A stretch of 64,000 bases of DNA from Trichodelitschia bisporula. Taxonomy: Eukaryota. The notes under the pieces are model-generated. The model had not been told where the DNA came from. It did no database searches and saw nothing but the letters and a program-made list of their open reading frames with translations. Positions 22,674 through 34,686 of the stretch are shown in pieces. Each line of letters starts with the position of its first letter. Position 1 is the stretch's first letter. The stretch spans positions 498,364 through 562,363 of the forward strand of contig ML996696.1 in NCBI GenBank assembly GCA_010356995.1. The letters run 5' to 3'. A program made the position numbers and the translations under genes.

Positions 22674-25600
22674 ATGAACATCTTCATCAGTTCCATTCCC
22701 TGTCAAGCCACGCAAGAGCAGCTCGGGAACTTCCTTGCGAATTCACTACTCGGGATCGTCGGTATTCCACCCACGAAATACGACTATTTCAAGCCGAAGA
22801 ACAAGGGGATTGCATTTCTCCACATCCAAGACGAAAAACAGGGAATCAAGTTTCTCACTGCGGTCCGCTTCCTCACCGTGGCATTCCCCGGGCTTCGACA
22901 CCCAGTTCGAATCAAAAAGGACGATTTTCAAGATAATGGGTCCAGAATCAGAGGGATAAAAGAGGAAGCCGCTCTTGCGGCCAAAATGGAGGGTAAGCCT
23001 TGTTTTGTTCGTCAACATTATATTGTAAAAGTGACTCAGATGCAGGCCTGACTGTCAAAACTGCCGACGGCAAATCCATCTTATATTCGCCGTCCCGGCC
23101 TCCCAGCTCCCAGTTTATCAGATATACGCCCGCATGGATAAATAATACAAGGACCTTTGACACCTTCAATCTTCATTGCGGCACCTGGGAATACGAGTGC
23201 GAATCTTGGGGATTCCGTCCCTTCTACAAGGACGAGAGGAGGGGAAAGTTGCTCCTCGGAAAATCTGTCGCCACGATCCTGCTCTATCGGGATTACATGG
23301 AAGTTGAGTGGGAGCATCGTCTTGACTTCCAATACACCAATATCGACGGGATCATTACCGCACGCGGTGCCATTGCGTTCAATTGCTTGAACTCACCAAA
23401 GGTTTTCCGACTCACCGAACCGGCGGAGCTACCAGGAAGCTTCAGTCCCCGACGAAATGACCCGGGGCGTACAAAAGCTCGATCGCCGGGCATCAATTCC
23501 GAACATGCTGCCATTGCGGGGTGTTGTCTCACCTATGTCATATCGCTCTTTAGCGCCAAGGAGACGAATGCGCTCAAGGGACTCCTGGCGACTGGCAAGG
23601 AAATACCCTCTACAATGTCCTACGCGATTTTGCGGCGCCCCATGAAGTCGTTTGAAGATGGTTTCACGGTCCTAGATTGTGCTCTTTCCGATGATGGAGG
23701 TGCATTCGCTAGCATGCCTTACATCGTACGATTCCAAGCACTCAGATTCGCGACGAATGGCAAAATGGGCCCTTGGATGGTCCTCGACATGGTATGCATG
23801 CTTCACCGCCTTCTTAAATCTGGAATAAGCCCCAAAGGATGCGCAGAAGTCCTCCGATACCTCTTCCTCGATCTGAAGCACCCTGCTCCCGATGTCCAGC
23901 CTTCGGATTTCAACATGGACAGAATTTGAAGCGTGATTGTTAACGTTGCCACCTCGCATGCTGAGCGGACGTCTCCGTACGTTCTTGCTCAAAGGCACGA
24001 TCACCTTGTCCTCGTTCACCGGGTAGTGCTGACGCCGGCGGGGTTTTTCCTTGCAGGCCCCGAGGCAGAATCAGGAAACAGAGCGGTAAGATCGTACGTG
24101 GATCGTGTTGAAACTTTCCTCTGGGTGTCGTTCACGGATGAGAACGGTGATCGGTTAGGCATGGATTTTGGTGCAACACTGGATGACATCCACGAGCGTA
24201 TCCGTAAGAGTTTGATCAGTGGACTGCAGGTCTGTGGCAACCTATTCCGATTTCTGGGATTTTCTTCTTCATCCCTCAAGACCTAAAGCGCCTGGTTCAT
24301 GGCGGACTTCCGTACAACATCAGGAGAACTTGTGACTCCCAAGCGAGTCATACGACGCCTCGGAGACTTCGCATCAATCCGCTGTCCTGCAAAGTGTGCT
24401 GCTCAGATTGGCCAGGCATTTACCGACACCAGAAGTTGCGTTGTTGAATTCGAAGAAATGATCAGAGCAAAGGATGTAGAAAGGGATGGGCGAGTGTTCA
24501 GTGACGGTTGTGGGACAATTTCACCTAGTCTTGTCAAGAAGACGGTGGCAAAGTATCCGCACTTGAAGCCAGGCCAGGTCGTTATATTCCAAACCAGATA
24601 CAAAGGCAAGTCGGACTGTAGCGCTTAGATTGTGAGCTAACGACCCTGGGATATTAGGTGCCAAAGGTGTTGTGTCTCTCGACCCCGCACTGGAAGGTGA
24701 TGTTCTCACAATACGAGATTCAATGTGGAAATTCGAGTCCGATGCAACAGAACTCGAAGTTTGTGGGATGGCTGACAAGCCTCTCCCTTTGTTTCTGAAC
24801 CAGCAGACGATCAAGTTGCTGGAAGACCTGGGGGTGCCGCACCCGAACTTTATGGAAGTCCAGGTCGAGGAAATCAGTGTTTTGCAGAAGTCAGTGTCCT
24901 CTCCAGTCCATGCCGCTCTATTTTTTGAGAAGGAGATTGGAGATCAAGCTGGCTTCTCTGGTCTAATTCGCCGCTTGAGTGGCATGGGCCTCGATGTGTC
25001 TCAAGACAGATTCCTGGGGGGTTGATCGAGATGGCAGTTTTCTCAAGATTAAGGGACATGAAATATCGTGGGCGTATTCGCGTTCGAAACGGGGTTAAGC
25101 TCTTTGGCATCATGGATGAGACTGGTTGGCTGAAAGAGGGAGAGGCTTACATTTGCTGGCATTCGGAAACCGGGCGGACTGTCTTGGAGCAGACGGCCGC
25201 GGTCACCAGATCACCCATGATGCACCCTGGTGATCTCCAGCTCGTGAAGGCGGTTCGCCTTCCGGCAGACTCGCCACTCCACGCTCTCCATAACTGCATC
25301 GCATTTTCTCAGAACGGACGATGCCCCTTGCCTAACCAACTGGGAGGCGGAGGTATGCGACCCGAGAGGAGGGAATAACACTCCACATGCTGACATATGT
25401 TCTAGACCTGGATGGCGACCTTTACGACGTGAAATACGACGCACGACTCATTCCATTGACCACTTTTAAGGCTTCGGAATACCCAAAGATGAAGCCCATC
25501 GACATTGGCCGAAAAGTGAAGATTGAGGACCTGGCCAATTAGTTTGTCGAATACATGAAGAACGATACTGTCGGCCTCCTTTCAGTGCTGCACCTGGTGT

Positions 25601-26518
25601 TGTCCGATCAGCGCGAGCGTGGGACCCAGGACCCCGACTGCATACAGCTCGCAGAAATGGTTTCGACTGCTCTCGATTACTGCAAAACTGGAATCAAGGT
25701 ATTCTTCAACCTCAAACAGTTTTTCATCGAAACTGAACCGTTTACAGGTGGACATGAGCAAACTCCCACGGTTTGATAGAAAACTACGGCCGGATTTTCT
25801 CGCACCGAGTCCCAGGGTCAGAATTCACAAGCAGGATGCCACGATTGAGATGTACAAGATTGAAGATGAGCTTAGCGATCCGGTTAAAGTCCTTGACCCT
25901 GAGACTCGACCGACGCAGTTCTACGAGACCCAAAACGTCAACGGGAAGCTCTACAGGAAGATCGACGACAGGGCGTTCTCCGAGAACATGAAAAGGCAAT
26001 CCCATGCCTCCGGCAGCCTTGAAAGCTCGGCGTTGCTGGAAGAAGCTTTGGACCACGTGCTACGGGCAATGAAGGGGATCCAGTGGGAAAACTACGGCAT
26101 ATTCGCCCAAGACGTGAAAAGAGTGTACGAGCGAAACCTGATGGATACGTTGTACACATGCTCTCTTAACAGCGCTCACATGATGCATGAGATAGAGATG
26201 GTTACCGGTTTCCTGTTGGGGATAATCAAGGGGAAGCAGAGGGGGGAGCAAGTGGCCAACATGCGTAGGCGGTTCAGCGAAGACGTGCAGTATACACGTG
26301 ACCACATCAGAATGGGGAACGATGGCGACACCTCGGAGGCACTCCCGAGAAGCATCGCTTGCTTCCATCTTGCCATGCAGGAGCCTGGTCGGGATATGGG
26401 TAAAGAGGGCCGGCTCCTATCATGGAAGTATGTGGCCGCAGCGGTTTGTCTCGAAGAGCTTGAAAAGTTTCCGGGCCCACTGCTGGAGCAAACCAGACGG
26501 GCTAGAAAGGCGGAGTAG
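22674..26518 (+). pseudogene. RNA-dependent RNA polymerase (cellular RNAi RdRP with RRM-like N-terminus), full length but disrupted
   Basis: Motifs FLGFSSSSL, CPAKCAAQIGQAFT, FSDGCGTIS, RYKGAKG, GIMDETGWL, VTRSPMMHPGDLQ, GGGDLDGDLY, DYCKTG, RPDFL. Introns 22993-23045, 24606-24657 (GC-AG), 25353-25405, 25699-25747. In-frame stops TGA 23927, TAA 24284, TAG 25540, and a 1-nt frameshift at the G6 run 25016-25021. Confidence 0.9.
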
Positions 26519-26873
26519 TGTGCTTGAAGATGACTCCAACATATGATTTTGGATATTTCGGGTTTGGTGTCGTAGCAAGTGCGGCTCCCATATACTTATG
26601 AAATATCAGATTGATGTTAGTCTTGATTCAGACGAGTTGTAGTGGCTGTAATTACAGTAGGTGAAGGTGCCCTTGGTCCCAGGGCGTTAACGCTTGACGC
26701 TCTGTGAGATGTCCACTTGTGAGGCTTGGCAGGTACGGCGGCTTTGCCTTGTCGACTGCCACCTCCGGCCCCATCCAGCTCCATCATCTGCAACACCATC
26801 GCCACGCACCTTCAGTCCCCTTTACACACACCCGCAACCCAGCTACTAATATCAAACCTGTGCTCTGGGCGAA

Positions 26874-28239
26874 ATGGCTGAAGTCGAGAATCCCATCAAC
26901 ACCGTCCCGCCACACAAGAAACCTCTCCCGTCTTCCATACCAAATGTGGAGTCGCTAGAGGGCTTTGCGACCGAGGGCAACGACGACTATTCCACCTTCA
27001 AAAAGCTCCAGAGACAGCTTGAGTACATTCAGCTCCAGGAGGAATATATCAAAGATGAACAGAGGTGCTTTGCGCTGCCTGGTAGATGACCCCAAGGGCC
27101 CCAGTACTAACATCGCCGGTAGGAATCTTAAGAGAGAGCTTGTTCGGGCTCAGGAGGAAATAAAACGCATCCAGAGCGTGCCTCTGGTCATCGGCCAGTT
27201 CATGGAGGCCATCGATCAGAAGTATGGCCGTCATACTCGATGTTAAACTTATGCTAACCACTGATGCAGCACCGGTATCGTCCAGTCTTCGACTGGCTCC
27301 AACTACGTCGTGCGCATCCTTTCCACGCTCGATCGTGAACTCCTCAAGCCTTCTTCCTCTGTTGCGCTCCACCGCCACTCTAACGCGCTCGTCGATATTC
27401 TCCCCCCCGAAGCCGATAGTTCTATCGCCATGCTCGGAGCCGATGAGAAGCCGGACGTGACGTACGCTGACGTCGGTGGGCTGGACATGCAGAAGCAGGA
27501 GATCCGGGAGGCTGTCGAGCTGCCGCTGACGCACTTCGACCTCTATAAGCAGATCGGCATCGACCCCCCGCGTGGCGTGCTGCTGTACGGACCTCCGGGC
27601 ACGGGCAAGACTATGCTGGTCAAGGCTGTGGCCAACAGCACGACTGCCAGCTTCATCCGCGTCGTCGGCTCAGAGTTCGTTCAGAAGTATCTCGGTGAAG
27701 GTCCGCGTATGGTCCGCGACGTGTTCCGCATGGCGCGCGAAAACTCACCAGCCATCATCTTCATCGACGAAATCGACGCCATCGCCACCAAGCGCTTCGA
27801 CGCGCAAACCGGCGCTGACCGCGAAGTCCAGCGTATCCTGCTGGAGCTGCTCAACCAGATGGACGGCTTCGACCAGACGAGCAACGTCAAGGTCATCATG
27901 GCTACCAACCGTGCCGACACCCTCGACCCCGCTTTATTGCGTCCTGGGCGCTTGGATCGCAAAATCGAGTTCCCATCCTTGCGTGATCGTCGTGAGCGGC
28001 GCCTCATCTTCGGCACCATCGCCTCGAAGATGAGCTTATCGCCTGAGGTGGACCTGGACTCCCTGATCGTCCGCAACGACCCGCTGTCCGGCGCGGTCAT
28101 AGCGGCCATCATGCAGGAAGCTGGGTTGCGTGCCGTGCGCAAGAACCGATACAACATCATACAGGCGGATCTGGAGGAGGCGTACACAGCCCAGGTCAAG
28201 GGTGCAGCCGAGGCGGACAAGTACGACTTCTACCGGTGA
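26874..28239 (+). CDS. RPT3: 26S proteasome regulatory AAA-ATPase subunit 6B
   Basis: [30 protein letters not shown] Walker A, IIFIDEID Walker [17 protein letters not shown]. Two introns near 27064 and 27222. Confidence 0.97.
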
Positions 28240-29048
28240 AAGGCCGGGGCTGCGGGTAGAAGCCTGCTCGTCTGGAATGCTGTTTCTGTAGCATAATACG
28301 GCGCCTTGGGTTGTGGCTTTGAGAGGGCAGTGGAGCGGGTTTTAGATACCACATTCATTTAACAACTGCACTCATTGCATCCTACGACTTGACAAGTGGT
28401 ATCGTGCAAGGTATTCTACAGTTGGATACTTCTATCAAAGGCGCAAGACCATTCATACACTCTCCAAGGTCTCTGAAGGAGATCGGACGACGCTAGTGGC
28501 TACAAATATAGGGTACACCCACTTCTCAACGTACACGAGAGCAGTAAGCACGCAAAGCAGTACGGTGGAAATGACAGTTAATGGAAATGGAACCGGCAGT
28601 GGTGTCTATGCTCATGTCTCTTTCTTCCGCTTACGTCATATGGCAGAGTGCAGTAACATGCAATTACGAGAAATGAACAGAGAAAAGAGAGCAAATGAAA
28701 AGCAAAGCGGACACCCGTTCACGCCACAACCACGTTTCTAGTTCACGCCGTGGTATAATGCACCCAACCCGTTGCGACAAACCCACACACGCACGCACAC
28801 TAAACTGACATAGTCTTGACAAGGGACTGGTGGAGACGGGATCGAGCCGAAGAACCCTCGGCCCGGCAAAGGGCGGGTGGGATGACTGAGCGGTGTGATT
28901 CCCCTGGTGGTATTCTGCAAGAAAGGGAACAGCAAAGAACGCACAAAGAAACCCATGCACTACAGTTACACAAGCGGGGGAGAACCCGCGGCGCGATAAT
29001 CGATCTTCAGACAAAGTGAAGAAACAGGCAATGCTCCTCTTGCCGATG

Positions 29049-31929
29049 CTATCTCATTTCAAGCTCCCTCGATGAAGGCTCGACGGCTTCAGGTGGCGGG
29101 GGTGGGAGATCTTTTTCGCGAGGATCAAGGTTCACCTTTTCCGCATCCTTCGGAGGCGTCGGAGGGCGAGATGATCTCACGGGGAAATCTTTGGGTGGAG
29201 TTGGGGGTCGTTGCACGTGAGAGTCAACGTCCTTGGGAGGCGTAGGTGGTGGAACGTTCGTCTTGCCGACATGATCCATATTGGGCTGCGGACGCAGCTG
29301 AGGGCTAGGGCTCGGGTTATCGCTCCGGCCACTCCGTCCACCCGTGCTCTGGTTCTCGACAGCCTCTTCCACGACAGGCAACGCGTAACCGGAAGCTTCG
29401 CCACGGTCTGTGGACGTACCACGTGCGTTTTTTAAGACGCGGTCGGGAACACTTGATTCGTTCGTTCCGTGGCGCTGAGAGCGATCGGCTTCAGTGTGGG
29501 CACGCTCCATGATGGCATCGGTCGGGCTCGCTTGTTGCATGTTGCCACCGGACAGATGCGGGTCGTCGATGGATTGTAAAACTCTTTCACGATTCTCGGC
29601 CATTTCCTGTTCAGCCCGCTCCCTCGAATTGGTGATACCACTTATAAAGCGAACGAAGCGGTCACCATATCGATCTGGAGGAATGGGCGAAATTTGGGAC
29701 TCGATGTTGGTAAGACCTTTGAGGAAGTGCTCAACGCGTTTGACGATGCCGTACTATAAATGTCAGTCACTGGGAAACGCAATGCGTCAGTTTCGCCTAC
29801 ATGTGTCAAACAGTCAATGATCCCGAGATAGTATATCACTTCTCCTGGCGAGTTGTCCTCATGTGACGCCCGAAATCCGCCATCGTCTTTGTAGAAGGCA
29901 TGGTCCTTCCGCTCAATAGGCAAATCATCAGGCATCTTACTACCCGTCTGCTCCATCGGGATTGGTTTCTCGGTTCGTAACGTTTGTCGTAATTCCTTTG
30001 CTTTGCGGGCGGTCTCTAGCTTGGAGGGAGTTCTGGTGAGTGTGTTCGACTGAACTGTTTCCACAGCATTGTCTCCGCCGGGTTGGAACACCTGCAGAGT
30101 CTTATCCCGTAACTTGTCTTCGTTGCCACGCTGAAGATCATGTATACCAACCAAGAGGGAATAGTCCATGATCTTTAAGCGCTGCAGGAGGGCTACGTCT
30201 CTTTCCATCTGTTCGATGAACAGATTCCTTTTCCCGGGGCCGAATTCAAGGTGCAAATTCCGACGTAACCAGTTCAGGTCCTTAAGGGTAGCTCGCGGAT
30301 TGCTCTTGAGGTTTTCTTCCTTGAAATCTCTTCCAACAGTCGAACCCTTCAAGTCAAATGTCCGGTGGATGTCGCGATGAGGAGGAAACAGGTTGTTCAT
30401 CACCACAAAGTGTATCTTCCGCCCGTAAGGGATTTTGACACGATGGAGACCGTAGAACTGCGACAAGAGCGTGTTCGGATTCTCAACAACATGGTTGTAA
30501 TACTCCTTGAGCATCCGCCGGAGCGTCTTGTGTTCAGCGTGGTGTATGGTTTTGATGATATATTTGTAATCCCGCGAGAAATAGAAGAAGCTTCCGCTCT
30601 TTCCAGGTGAGCCCAGTTCCGAAAGGATGTACTTGCTGGTAAGGGAGACCAGGTAATCGGCGGGGTCAAGTTTGAAGTTTTGGCGCAGGCGGCGGAAAAC
30701 CCAAGGGGCATAATCCTTGAACTTAAAGTCGTACTTTGCCGACGGTGTTAATTCCGCGCCGGTCCTACAGCTGTCAGCACATCGCCCAACGAGGGGAAGG
30801 TCTACGCTTACACGTCAAAGGAGAACTTGTGTCTGGCCTCAAAATCGGCGTCAGTAAGTTCCCGGTCTAGCTTCGCGTTGGTCCTGGAAACCGTAAACCG
30901 AATCCCCGTAAGCATATTGTAGGCAGTAACATAGTTGACATGATTTTGGTCAACCTTGGTACCCATCAGGACGCGGTCGTCTTCTTCCTCTTCCCTGCGC
31001 TTCCGCTTGCTTGCCCGCTTCTGTCGAATGATCTCCGCCCAGCGCGCCGCTTCATCGTCCTGCGGCACATCGTCTAAATGCAGCTCAGAGTGTATTGACC
31101 GAGTCGTTCTACGAGCCAGAGTAAGAGAGCCTCGTCTTCTATTCGGAGTGCCGGGAGAGAATCGGCCCGTGGCCAGGATTGCTTCGTCGGAGTATGGTAA
31201 TTGCGGTGGCTGCGGCGCGTCTCGCGAGGGTCGAGGTGTAGAAGAGCGAGGAACTTCGAGAGTGTTTCGGTGTTGTAATCGACCGGGTTGAGGTGTGCTT
31301 TGCGATGTCATCTGGCTTCCGAGGGCGACTGCCGAGGCGGAGGTGGATCTAGTAACGGAAGGGATGCGCAGTGAACCGTCTACCGTGCTCGATTCCGAAT
31401 CCCGGGGTGATATGGGTGAGGTTTCCGAGTCGGCCTGCATGGTGTTTAAATTGATGATGGCAGTATCGTCAGGTGGTGGAAGATGGTCGTGCGCTCCATC
31501 TCCATTCACACTTCCAAGCACAACATGTGTGCTAAAGCATCCCTCCTCCGTGCGAGCGAGGTCGGACTGCGCAAAGTACCCGTCATCACGGGCTGCTAGC
31601 CGTTGGGGCATTCTCACCGCCCAAGGCTTCTCCCTCTCAGGACCACCGAAGGAATTCTTCCCGGATGGTGGTTCTAGTGTCTCAGCTTCCCCCAGTGTGT
31701 CCCGGCTGACTGCCTTTTCGTCCATCCGATGGCCGTTGGTGTAAGGCGTCATATTGGGCGACGTCCCGTTTGACAGTCCACTTTTCCGCTTGGTTGTCTC
31801 CGGTCTGAGCATGGCATTGTGAACTCCGTCGGAAGGTCGACTAGGTGCTTCGGACGACGGGCACTTGGTGGCATGTCCTGTGCTGCTCAAGGCGGGAGAG
31901 AGGGTGTCCTCGGCCAAGAACGAGGGCAT
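29049..31929 (-). CDS. MSS4: Phosphatidylinositol-4-phosphate 5-kinase
   Basis: [70 protein letters not shown]. Start at MPSF (31929) is tentative because the frame stays open upstream. Confidence 0.93.
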
Positions 31930-32570
31930 CTCGAGGGAGTGGAGCATGAGAGGACCATGGACCTTCAATGACCCTCCATACCCTGCGATCGCGTCGTGTC
32001 GGCTTTCGGAGTTTGGGGAAGAAGTTGTTTGCGTCCGAAGTTCACCAAGCAGGAAAGACGGGTTGTTTCTTTGCGCTTGCGGGACAATCAAACGGGGACT
32101 GACATGCTGTCGCGAGCCGGTTTTTGGGGGGGATGATGGCTGGAAGGGTGTGGAGGTGCGCAGGGGACGGGATTGGAGGGAGGGTAACAGGATACACAAG
32201 GGGAAAAATCGATGAGCGAAGTTGTGACAAAAGTGAAGATGGTTTTTTGAATGTAGTAGGAAAGTATCCGACGCCTTTCTTTGCTGGGCCTTGGGGTCTT
32301 GTGGACTGAGAGTTGGCAATTGGGGGAGGAGGGGATGAACCGTGGGACACGGCGCAACTGGGAGACTTTGGGGGGGAGGGGGGCGTCGGGTTGTGAGTTG
32401 CGTCTCCATGTGGCTAGTAGATTGTGGCTCAGCTTCCCACTTTCGTCTCCCGGACACCCAAACAGAAGCTCCACACGACTCCAGTCCGAGGCTCACCAGC
32501 CACGTCCGTGCTTCATCAACCACTTGTCTTACAACTTGATCAACTCCAAACAAAAGGATCTGTATCTACG

Positions 32571-32599
32571 AGAGTATCCACAAGAGTATCCACAAGAGT
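32571..32599. repeat. Short 12-bp tandem repeat (agagtatccaca x2.4)
   Basis: Direct reading; lies upstream of MSS4. Confidence 0.8.
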
Positions 32600-33230
32600 C
32601 AGATCTAGCCCTCCAAATGCATCGTAGGATCTCTAGTCATTTTATCCGGTTAAAAGGATACTACATTTGTGCTTCATCCGATTTGTCCGATTTTATGTCC
32701 TCTACAAATGACATCATGTTGAAAGTAAAAATTATACTGTAGGTTCAGCAATTTAACGCTCTCTTCAACTTCACGACTCGAAGTCAAGCGGGTGTGAACT
32801 TTCAAGAATTGACCAGTTATAGACATATAGAATTTTCCGAATGCCCGTATGCATGTCTCTCTTATATTCGTCAATCAAATTTCACGAAGCAACGGAGCGC
32901 AGTTTAAAACAACCATAATGTGTATCGTATACATAGTTCGAAATCTGCATGCAGAATGGCAAAAGGCTCAATTCAAACGCTACCAGCATACTGCCCACTC
33001 GCTGACCAGTATATCCAGGGAAATCCCTTTCCCGAACGCCGAACTCCCAGCACTATCTGGCCTACCCCTCCGAAATCCAGCCCATCCCATTCACATACCC
33101 CACCCAGAACCTGCCGTCATCACAAGAGAAGTGGACATAACATAATCGCCTTTCCGCAAGCCTAGACGCCGTAACACCCCAGCACGCAGGAGTAAATACA
33201 AAGTCATTCACAAGAGGCAAGCAGACCCAA

Positions 33231-34502
33231 TTACTCCGCGGCCGCAGCGGGCTCTGCCTTCTTCTTTGGCGTCGCCTTCTTGGGCGTGGGTTTCTTGGTG
33301 GCGGCGGCTTTCTTGGGCGCGGCGGCCTTCTTTGCCTTTGCCGCCGTTTGAGGAGCCTTAGTCTTGGTGACGCGACCGGACTTGGTCTTGCCGAGCACCA
33401 CGGATGGCTTATCATCGACAGCAGGAGCCTAGGATAAATCAGATCAAGTAATTAAGACCTGGGATAGGACGGACACCCACCGTAGTGGCAGCCTTCCGAG
33501 GCTTGCTGGCATTGGCCTTCGGCTTGGCGGGCTTCTTCGTCTCCCCTTCAGCCTTCTCGGCCTTCTTCTTGGGCGCGGCTGCTTTCTTAGCAGCGGGAGC
33601 CTTCGGGGCCTTGGGAGCAGCAGCCTTCTGTAATGACTGTCAGAAATGCCGAGGACATGGCACACGCGAGGAGCTTTACCTTCTCGGCCTTGGGGGCAGC
33701 GGCCTTTGCCTCCTTCTTCGCCGGGGCGGAAGGCGACGTCTTTGGAGCAGGCTTGGCCGCCTTCTTGAGCTTGACCGGACCAGAAGCGCCTGAAAAATGG
33801 TTAGACACGATAAACAACTGGACTAGGACGGAGAGTGGGATAACAAAACGGGCCGATGGCCCGGGACACAGAAGAGAATGAGGCGATGCAGGAAAATAGC
33901 GCAACGGCGGACTTACCCTTGGGGCGCTCAAAAACACCATTCTCCTCGCCCGTCTTCAGGGCGCGGGAGATGTGGGCGTTGAAGGCATTGTCCGTGAGGC
34001 TGCCAATACTGTTGTTGGCCTGGACATACTTCTTGATGGCTTGCCGGCTACGAAGAGGGGTCAAGTCAGCAAACGAAAGTGCGCAAAGCGGGGGGAGACC
34101 TGAAACAGCGAACAATTTGGACTCGACAGGAAAAATAAATAAATACTGACCTGCTGCCGTTGCGGTCCTTCAACTGCAGGAGGATACGATGTCAGCAATC
34201 AGTCGCAGTACGGGGCGCGCGAGTGGGGTTCCGTTGGGCCACCGGTCGCACGGTCGGAGAACCAAGCGGTCCAGGGAACACGCGATGCGCCAGCAGGAAT
34301 AACTCACGTTGAGGATAGCATCCTTGATCATGTCTTCATACACGCGTTAGCCAGTGCTATGCGACTGAGAAAACACCAAAGGAATGGCAATGCGACACCG
34401 AGGGTGGGTGTTGGGGGCGGGTGCCTTACCTTGGTAGCTCGCATGCTGAGGGGCGGACGCAGCAGCCTTCGGCTTCGCGGCGGTGTCTTTCTTGGGAGCC
34501 AT
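33231..34502 (-). CDS. HHO1: Histone H1
   Basis: MAPKKD start, DMIKDAILN, LKDRNGSSRQAIKKYV, GASGPVKL globular-domain motifs, K/A/P-rich tail. About six introns with very short exons. Confidence 0.93.
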
Positions 34503-34680
34503 TTCGATGAGGGAGTTAGGCCAGAGGGGTGGTGAGAGTTGGATGGGTATGTGATGGTGTGAATAGAGTGTCTCACAGGCGCAGTTTTAAAGAAATGTGA
34601 ATTTGGCGGAGTGAGAGAAGCTGGTAGAGGGATGATGACTTTTTGGCTCGGGCAACGCGCGGGGGAGGAGCTTGGGACGA

Positions 34681-34686
34681 TTTATA
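34681..34686 (-). promoter_or_regulatory. Probable TATA box of histone H1
   Basis: TATAAA on the minus strand about 180 nt upstream of the H1 ATG. Confidence 0.5.

Noticed and set aside
31930..32553. 208-codon in-frame extension upstream of MSS4
   Set aside because: Low-complexity and UTR-like; cannot be supported as coding without transcript data.
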